This document shows, piece after piece, positions 56,001-64,000 of a stretch of DNA of 64,000 nt (within the stretch, counting starts at the first letter, position 1; each line of letters begins with the position of its first letter). The position numbers and the translations under genes were made by a program. Origin of the DNA: the human T2T-CHM13v2.0 reference genome, Homo sapiens; assembly GCF_009914755.1 (NCBI RefSeq), contig NC_060940.1; one strand, given 5' to 3'. The notes beneath the pieces are model-generated. The model made no database searches and had not been told where the DNA came from. It was given only the letters and a program-made list of their open reading frames with translations.

Positions 56001-59000
56001 ATTCCATTGGAGTGCATTCGATGATTCCATTCGAGTCCATTTTAGGATTTGATTCGAGTCCTTTCGATGATTCCATTCGATTCCACTCGATGATGATTTC
56101 ATTCGAGTCCATTCGACACTTCCAATCGATTCCATTTGATGATTCCATTCGAGTCCAATTGATGATTCCATTCAATTCCATTCGATGATGATTCCGTACG
56201 ATTCCATTCTGTGATGATTCCATGTGATTGCATTCAATGATGATTCCTTTCGATTGCATTCGATTATGATTCATTTCGTGTTCATTCTATGGTTCCACAG
56301 GTTTCCATTCGTGTCCATTCCATTATTCCATTCTATTCCATTTGATGATGATTCCATTCGATTCCATTCATTGGTGATTCCACTCAATTCCATTCAATGA
56401 TTCCATTCCATTTCTTTCAACAATGATTCCATTAGTTTCTAATCGATGATCCACTTGATTCCATTTGACGACGATTCCATTCTTGTCCATTCGATGATTC
56501 CATTTGATTCCATATGATGATGATTCCATTCGATTCCATACCATGATGATTCCATTCGAGTCCATTCAATGGTGATTCCATTCAATTCCATTCGATGATT
56601 CCTTTCGATTCCATTCGATGATGATGGCATTCGATTCCTTTCAATCATTCCCTTTGATTCCATTCAAAGGTGATTTCATTCAAGTCCATTCGATAATTGC
56701 ATTCGATTCCATTCTATGATGATTCCATTCGAGTCCATTTGATGATTCCATTCAATTCAAGTCAATGATGATTCCATTCGATTCCATTCGATGATTCCAT
56801 TGGATTCCATTCGATGATGATTCCATTCAAATACATTCGATAATTCAATTCAAGTCCATTCGATGATGATTCCAATCGAATCCATTCAAAGATTCCATTC
56901 AGTTCCATTCGATGATTCCCTTGGATTCCATTCGATGATTCCACTTGATTGCATTTACGATGATTCCATTCGATTCCATGTGATGATTCCATTCAATTCT
57001 ATTCAATGATGTCTCCATTTGATTCCATTCGACCATGATTGCCTTTGATTCCATTCAATGATTCCATTCGGTTCCGTTTGATGATGATTCCGTTCGATTC
57101 CATTTGATGATTCCATTTGATTCCATTGGATGAGTCCATTCGATTACATTCGATGATTATTCCATTCGAGTGCATTAGATGATTCCATTCGAGTCCATTC
57201 GATGATTCCATTCGATTCCATTGGATGTTGATTCTGTTCAAATCCATTCGATGAGTCCACTCGATTCCATTCATTGACTCCATTTGATCCCATTCGATGA
57301 TTTCCTTTGATTCCCTTTGATGATCATTCCATTTGATTCAATTCGGTGATTTCATTTGATTCCATTCAGTGATGTTTCCATTCGACTCCATTCGATGATG
57401 ATTCCATTCGACTCCATTCGATTATGATTTCATTCAATTCCATTCGATAATGATTCCCTTCGAGTCCATTCGATGATTCCATTCGATTCCATTCAACGAT
57501 GATTTGATTCGTGTCCATTCGATGATTCCATTTGATTCCACTTGATGATGATTCCATTCGAGTCCATTTGATGATTCCATTCAATTCCATACTCCGATGA
57601 TTTCTTTTGAGCCCACTCAATGCTTCCACTCGATTCCATATGATGATGACTCCATTCGATGAAATTCGATGATGATTCCATTCGCTTGCTTTCGATGATG
57701 ATTCCACTTGAGTCCGTTAGAAGATTCTATTCAATTACATTCCATGACGATTCCGTTCGAGTCCATTTGATGATTCCATTAGACTCCATTCGACGATGAT
57801 TCCATTCGATGTTATTCGATGATTCCATTCGATCTCATTCGATGATGATTCCATTCAACTCCATTCGATGTTTCCATTCGAGTTCATTCTATTATTCCAT
57901 TAGATTCCATTCGATGATGATTCCATTCGATTCCATTTGATGATTGCATTCTATTTCATTTGATGATGATTCCATTCGAGTCCACTCGATGATTCCATTC
58001 GAGTCCATTTAATGAATCCATTGGTTTCAATTCTATGATGATTACATTGGATTCCATTCGTTGATGATTTCATTCGGTTCCATTCAATGATGATAACATT
58101 CAATTCCTTTCAATGTTTCCATTCAATTCCATACGATGATGATTCCATTTGATTTGATTCGACAGTGAGCCATTCGATTCAATTTCATGATGATTCTGTT
58201 TATTCAATTGGTTGACATTTCCATTCGATTCCATTCGATGATGTTTCCCTTTGATTCCATTCAAAGATGATTCCATTCAAGCCCATTCAATCATTCCATT
58301 CGATTCTATTCAATGATGATTCCATTCATGTCGATTTGGTGATTCCATTTGACTTCATTTGATGATGATTCCTTTCAAGTTCATTAGATGATTCCATTCG
58401 ATTCCATTTGATGATGATCCCATTCGAGTCCATTCAGTGATTCCATTCGTTTCCATTCCATGATGATTGCATTCCTTTCCATTCAATGATTCCATTCGAT
58501 TCCGTTTGATGATGATTTCATTCGAGTCCATTTGATGATTCCATTTGATTCCATTCGATGATGATTCCATTCGAGTCCATTCGATGATTCTATTCGAATC
58601 CATTTGATGATTTCTTTTGATTATATTTGGTGATGATTCCATTGGAGTCCATTCAATGATTCCATTCTATTCCAATCGATGATGATTCCATTAGATTCCA
58701 TTTAATGATTCCATTTGATTCCAGTCTCTGATGATTACATTCGAGTCCATACAATGATTCCACTCAATTCCATATGATGATGATTCCATTTGATTCCATT
58801 CGGTGATTCCATTCTATTCTATTCAATGGTGATTCCATTCGAGTACATTAGATGATTCCATTCGATTCCATTCAATGATGATTCTATTTGTGTCCCTTAG
58901 ATGATTCCACATGATTCCATTAGATGATGATACTATTTGAGCCCATCCAATGATTCCCTTCGATTCCATTCGATGAGGATTCCATTCGATTCAATTCTTT

Positions 59001-62000
59001 GGTGATTCTATTCAATTCAATTCTTTGATTCCATTCCATTCCATTCGACAAAGATTCCATTCGATTTATTTCGATGATTCCACTCGATTCCACTTGACAT
59101 TGATTCCATTCGATTCCATTCAATGATTCCATTTGATTCCAGTGGATGATGATTGCCATCGATTCCATTCGATCACTCCATTCTATTCCATTTGATGATG
59201 ATTACATTCGATTCCATTTGATGATTCCATCTGATTCTATTCGAGGATTCCATTTGATTCCATTCGATGATGATTCCATTCGAGTCCATTCGATGATTTC
59301 ATTCAAGTACATCCAATGATTCCATTCGAGTCCATTAGATGATTCCATTTGATTCCATTTGAAAATGATTCTACTAGAGTCCATTCAATGACTCCATTCG
59401 ATTCCATTCAACAATTCCATTCGACTCCATTCGATGATTCCATTCGATTCCATTTGATGGTTCCATTCGAGTCCATTTAATCATTACAGTCGAGTCCATT
59501 TGGTGATTCCACTGGATTTCTTTTGATAATGATACCATTCAATTACATTTGATGATGATCCCATTCAATTTCATTTGATGATGATTCCATTGGAGTCCAT
59601 TCGATGATTTCATTCGAGTCCCTTCATTGATTCCATCCGATTTCATTTGATGATGACTCCATTCGAGTCCATTCGATGATTCCACTCGATTCCATTAGAT
59701 GATTCCATTGGAGTCCATTTGATTGTTCCATTCGATTCCATTCGATTCCTTTCGAAGATTATTCCATTTGAGTCCATTCGATGATGATTCCATTCCATTC
59801 CATTCGATGATTCCATTTGATTCCATTCGATGATTCCCTTTGATTCCTTTCTGTGATGATTCCATTCCATTCCATTCAATGATTCCATTCGAATCTATTC
59901 CATGATGATTCCTTTCGATTCCATTCGCTGATGTTTCCGTTCAATTCCATTCGATGATGATTCCATTCGATTCCATTCATTGAGGATTCCATTTGATTCC
60001 ATTCAATGATGATTCCATTCTATTCCATTCAATGATTGCATTCAATTCCATTCAATGATTATCCCCTTAGAGTAAACTCAACGATTCCATTCAATACCAT
60101 TCGATGATGATTCCTTTTGAGTCCATTCAATGATTTCATTCAAGTCCATTTGTTGATTCCTTTCAATTCCATTCTATGATGATTCCATTCGAGTCCATTC
60201 GATGATTCCATTCGATTGCATTCGATGATTCCATTATATTCCATTCAACGGTGATTCCATTCGAGTCCATTCGATGATTCCATTAGAGTACATTTAATGA
60301 TTGCTTTGTTTTCAATTCTAAGATGATTACATTGGATTCCATTCTATGATACCATTCGATTCCATTCAATGATTATTCCACTCAAATCCATTGGATGATT
60401 CCATTCGTGTCCATTCGGTGATTTCATTAGATTCCATTCGAGGATGATTCCATTCGATTCCATTCGATGATTCCATTCAATTCCATTCGATGATGATTCC
60501 ATTCCAGTCCATATGATCATTCCATTTGATTTCATTCGATGATGATTCCATTCGATTCCATTCGATGATTCCATTCTATTCCATTCGATGATGATTCCAT
60601 TCGAGTCCATTCGATGATTCCATTCGAGTCCATTTAATGATTCCATTGGGTTCAATTCAATGATGATTACATTGGATTCCGTTCTATGATTCCATTCAAT
60701 TCCGTTCATTGACAATTTGATTCCATTCGATGATGATCCCATTTGAGTTCATTCGATGATTCTATTCGATTCTCTTCGATGGTGATTCAATTCTATTATA
60801 TTGGATGATTCCATTCGATTCCATTTGATGTTGATTCAATTCGATTCTATTCGATGATGATTCCATTGGATTTCACTTGATGATTCTATTCGATTCCATT
60901 CAATGATGATTCACTTCTCGTCCATTGGATGATTCCATTTCATTCCATTCGATGATGATTCCATTCGATTCCATTCGATGATTCCATTTGATTCCATGCG
61001 ACGGTGAGCAATTCGATTCAATTCTATGATGATTCTATTTGATTCAATTAGATGATATTTCCATTCGAATCCATTCCATGATTATTCCATTGGAATCCAT
61101 TCGGCGATGATTCCATATGAGTGAATTCAATGATGATTCCATATGGGTCCGTTCGATGATAATTCCATTTGATTTCATTCGATGCTTCTATTCTATTCCA
61201 GTCGATGATGATTCCGTTGGAGTCCATACGATGATTCCATTTGATTTCATTTGATGATGATTCCATTCGATGATGATTACATTGGATTCCATTCTATGAT
61301 TCCATTCAATTCCATTCGTTGATGATTCGATTCCATTCAATGATGATTCCATTTGAGTTCATTCGATGATTCTATTCGATTCCGTTCGATGGTGATTCAA
61401 TTCTCTTATATTGGATGATTCCACTCGATTCCATTTGATGATTATTCCATTGGAGTCCACTTAGTGAATCCTTTAGATTCTACTCGACGATGATTCCATT
61501 CGAGTCCATTCGATGATACCATTCAATTCCATTCGTTGATGCTTCCATTCAAGTGCATTCGATGATATCATTCGATTCCATTTGATGATAATTCCATTTC
61601 ATTCCATGCGATGATTCTATTCGATTCCATTCAATGATAATTCCATTCAATTCAGTGATTCCTCTGGACTCCATTTGATGATGATTCCATTCAATGATTC
61701 CATTCGATTCTATTCGAAAATGATTCCATTTGAATCCATTTGATGATGATTCCATTAGATTCCATTTGATGATTCCATTCGATTCCATTCGACGATGATT
61801 CCATTCGATTCCGTTTGATGATTCCATTCTATTCTATTCGATGATGATTCCATTCGATTCCATTCGATGATGATTGGATTCGATTCCATTTGATGATTTC
61901 ATTTGATTCCATTCGTTAATGATTTCGATCAATTCCATTCGATGATTCCATTCGATTCCATTCGATAATGATTACATCCGAGTCCATTCAATGATTCCAT

Positions 62001-63884
62001 TGGAGCCCGTTCGATAATTCCATTTGAGTCCAACCTATGATTCCATTCATTTCCATTCAATGATTCCATTCGAGTCCATTTGATCATTCCGGTAGGGTCC
62101 ATTCGATGTTGATTCCATTGGAGTGCATTCGATGATTCCATTCGAGTCCATTTTAGGATTTGATTCGAGTCCTTTCGATGATTCCATTCGATTCCACTCG
62201 ATGATGATTTCATTCGAGTCCATTCGACACTTCCAATCGATTCCATTTGATGATTCCATTCGAGTCCAATTGATGATTCCATTCAATTCCATTCGATGAT
62301 GATTCCGTACGATTCCATTCTGTGATGATTCCATGTGATTGCATTCAATGATGATTCCTTTCGATTGCATTCGATTATGATTCATTTCGTGTTCATTCTA
62401 TGGTTCCACAGGTTTCCATTCGTGTCCATTCCATTATTCCATTCTATTCCATTTGATGATGATTCCATTCGATTCCATTCATTGGTGATTCCACTCAATT
62501 CCATTCAATGATTCCATTCCATTTCTTTCAACAATGATTCCATTAGTTTCTAATCGATGATCCACTTGATTCCATTTGACGACGATTCCATTCTTGTCCA
62601 TTCGATGATTCCATTTGATTCCATATGATGATGATTCCATTCGAGTCCATTTGATGATTCCATTCAATTCCATACTCCGATGATTTCTTTTGAGCCCACT
62701 CAATGCTTCCACTCGATTCCATATGATGATGACTCCATTCGATGAAATTCGATGATGATTCCATTCGCTTGCTTCGATGATGATTCCACTTGAGTCCGTT
62801 AGAAGATTCTATTCAATTACATTCCATGACGATTCCGTTCGAGTCCATTTGATGATTCCATTAGACTCCATTCGACGATGATTCCATTCGATGTTATTCC
62901 ATGATTCCATTCGATCTCATTCGATGATGATTCCATTCAACTCCATTCGATGTTTCCATTCGAGTTCATTCTATTATTCCATTAGATTCCATTCGATGAT
63001 GATTCCATTCGATTCCATTTGACGATTGCATTCTATTTCATTTGATGATGATTCCATTCGAGTCCACTCGATGATTCCATTCGAGTCCATTTAATGAATA
63101 CATTGGTTTCAATTCTATGATGATTACATTGGATTCCATTCGTTGATGATTTCATTCGGCTCCATTCAATGATGATTCCATTCAATTCCTTTCAATGTTT
63201 CCATTCAATTCCATACGATGATGATTCCATTTGATTCGATTCGACAGTGAGCCATTCGATTCAATTCCATGATGATTCTATTTGATTCAATTGGTTGACA
63301 TTTCCATTCGATTCCATTCGATGATGATTCCCTTTGATTCCGTTCAAAGATGATTCCATTCTAGCCCATTCAATCATTCCATTCGATTCTATTCAATGAT
63401 GAATCCATTCATGTCGATTTGGTGATTCCATTTGACTTCATTTGATGATGATTCCTTTCAAGTTCATTAGATGATTCCATTCGATTCCATTTGATGATGA
63501 TCCCTTTCGAGTCCATTCAGTGATTCCATTCGTTTCCATTCCATGATGATTCCATTCCTTTCCATTCAATGATTCCATTCGATTTCGTTTGATGATGATT
63601 TCATTCGAGTCCATTTGATGATTCCATTTGATTCCATTCGATGATGATTCCATTCGAGTCCATTCGATGATTCTATTCGAATCCATTTGATGATTTCTTT
63701 TGATTATATTTGGTGATGATTCCATTGGAGTCCATTCAATGATTCCATTCTATTCCAATCGATGATGATTCCATTAGAGTCCATTTAATGATTCCATTTG
63801 ATTCCAGTCTCTGATGATTACATTCGAGTCCATACGATGATTCCACTCAATTCTATATGATGATGATTCCATTTGATTCCATTC

Positions 63885-63936
63885 GGTGATTCCATTCTAT
63901 TCTAATCAATGGTGATTCCATTCTATTCTATTCAAT
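63885..63936 (+). repeat. 26 bp (one monomer) tandem duplication
   Basis: ggtgattccattctattctaatcaat is followed by ggtgattccattctattctattcaat. It is single-copy at the homologous sites near 52753 and 58802. Confidence 0.85.
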
Positions 63937-64000
63937 GGTGATTCCATTCGAGTACATTAGATGATTCCATTCGATTCCATTCAATGATGATTCTATTTGT

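Larger units (their letters stand above)
1..64000 (+). repeat. Human Satellite II (HSat2/HSATII) pericentromeric array, CATTC strand on +; probably subfamily HSat2B
   Basis: Continuous diverged (ATTCCATTCG)2(ATG)1-2 monomers with abundant CATTCGATTC, TCGA and GATGATG, which distinguish HSat2 from the purer (CATTC)n HSat3. The ~6.1 kb period matches what I recall for HSat2B (chr16). The subfamily and chromosome assignment is not verified. Confidence 0.97.
49427..64000 (+). repeat. About 2.5 diverged copies of the ~6.1 kb HSat2 higher-order unit; cleanest full period 55936-62046 (6111 bp)
   Basis: Offsets: 55936 to 62047 and 56368 to 62479 are 6111; 54282 to 60344 and 55487 to 61549 are 6062 (spanning a 49 bp deletion); 53153 to 59202 is 6049. 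Confidence 0.9.

Noticed and set aside
693-63725. Numerous 60-154 aa minus-strand ORFs rich in MESNGIIEW
   Set aside because: They are translations of the GGAAT/CATCAT strand, which is rich in ATG and poor in stops. They overlap in several frames, have no domain content, and gain or lose stops freely between copies.
1-64000. CRISPR-like array of 23-26 bp repeats
   Set aside because: There are no unique spacers, leader or cas genes; the monomers abut directly and are degenerate.

Overview
The whole 64 kb is one block of human (or great-ape) classical Satellite II (HSat2/HSATII). It consists of diverged CATTC/ATTCCATTCG-ATG(ATG) monomers of about 23 and 26 bp, all on the same strand. I found no genes, RNA genes, transposons or CRISPR arrays, and every ORF in the track is a translation artefact of the GGAAT strand. 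The informative content is higher-order structure. An ancestral ~6.1 kb unit (cleanest copy 55936-62046) fits HSat2B, typified by chr16 pericentromeric heterochromatin. A young, near-identical 3194 bp sub-array (~4840-40195) derives from it by a 3015 bp deletion plus a 98 bp duplication, and contains one unit shortened to 1786 bp. There are also nested or local duplications (721, 2062, 2181, 124 and 26 bp), several deletions with readable microhomology junctions, a dispersed duplicate 44,762 bp away, and a ~1.8 kb satellite segment unlike the 6.1 kb unit. I see no evidence of a new protein- or RNA-encoding system; the window is best read as a record of how a new higher-order repeat arises and spreads. 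All alignments were done by eye, so breakpoints are approximate to within the homology tracts.
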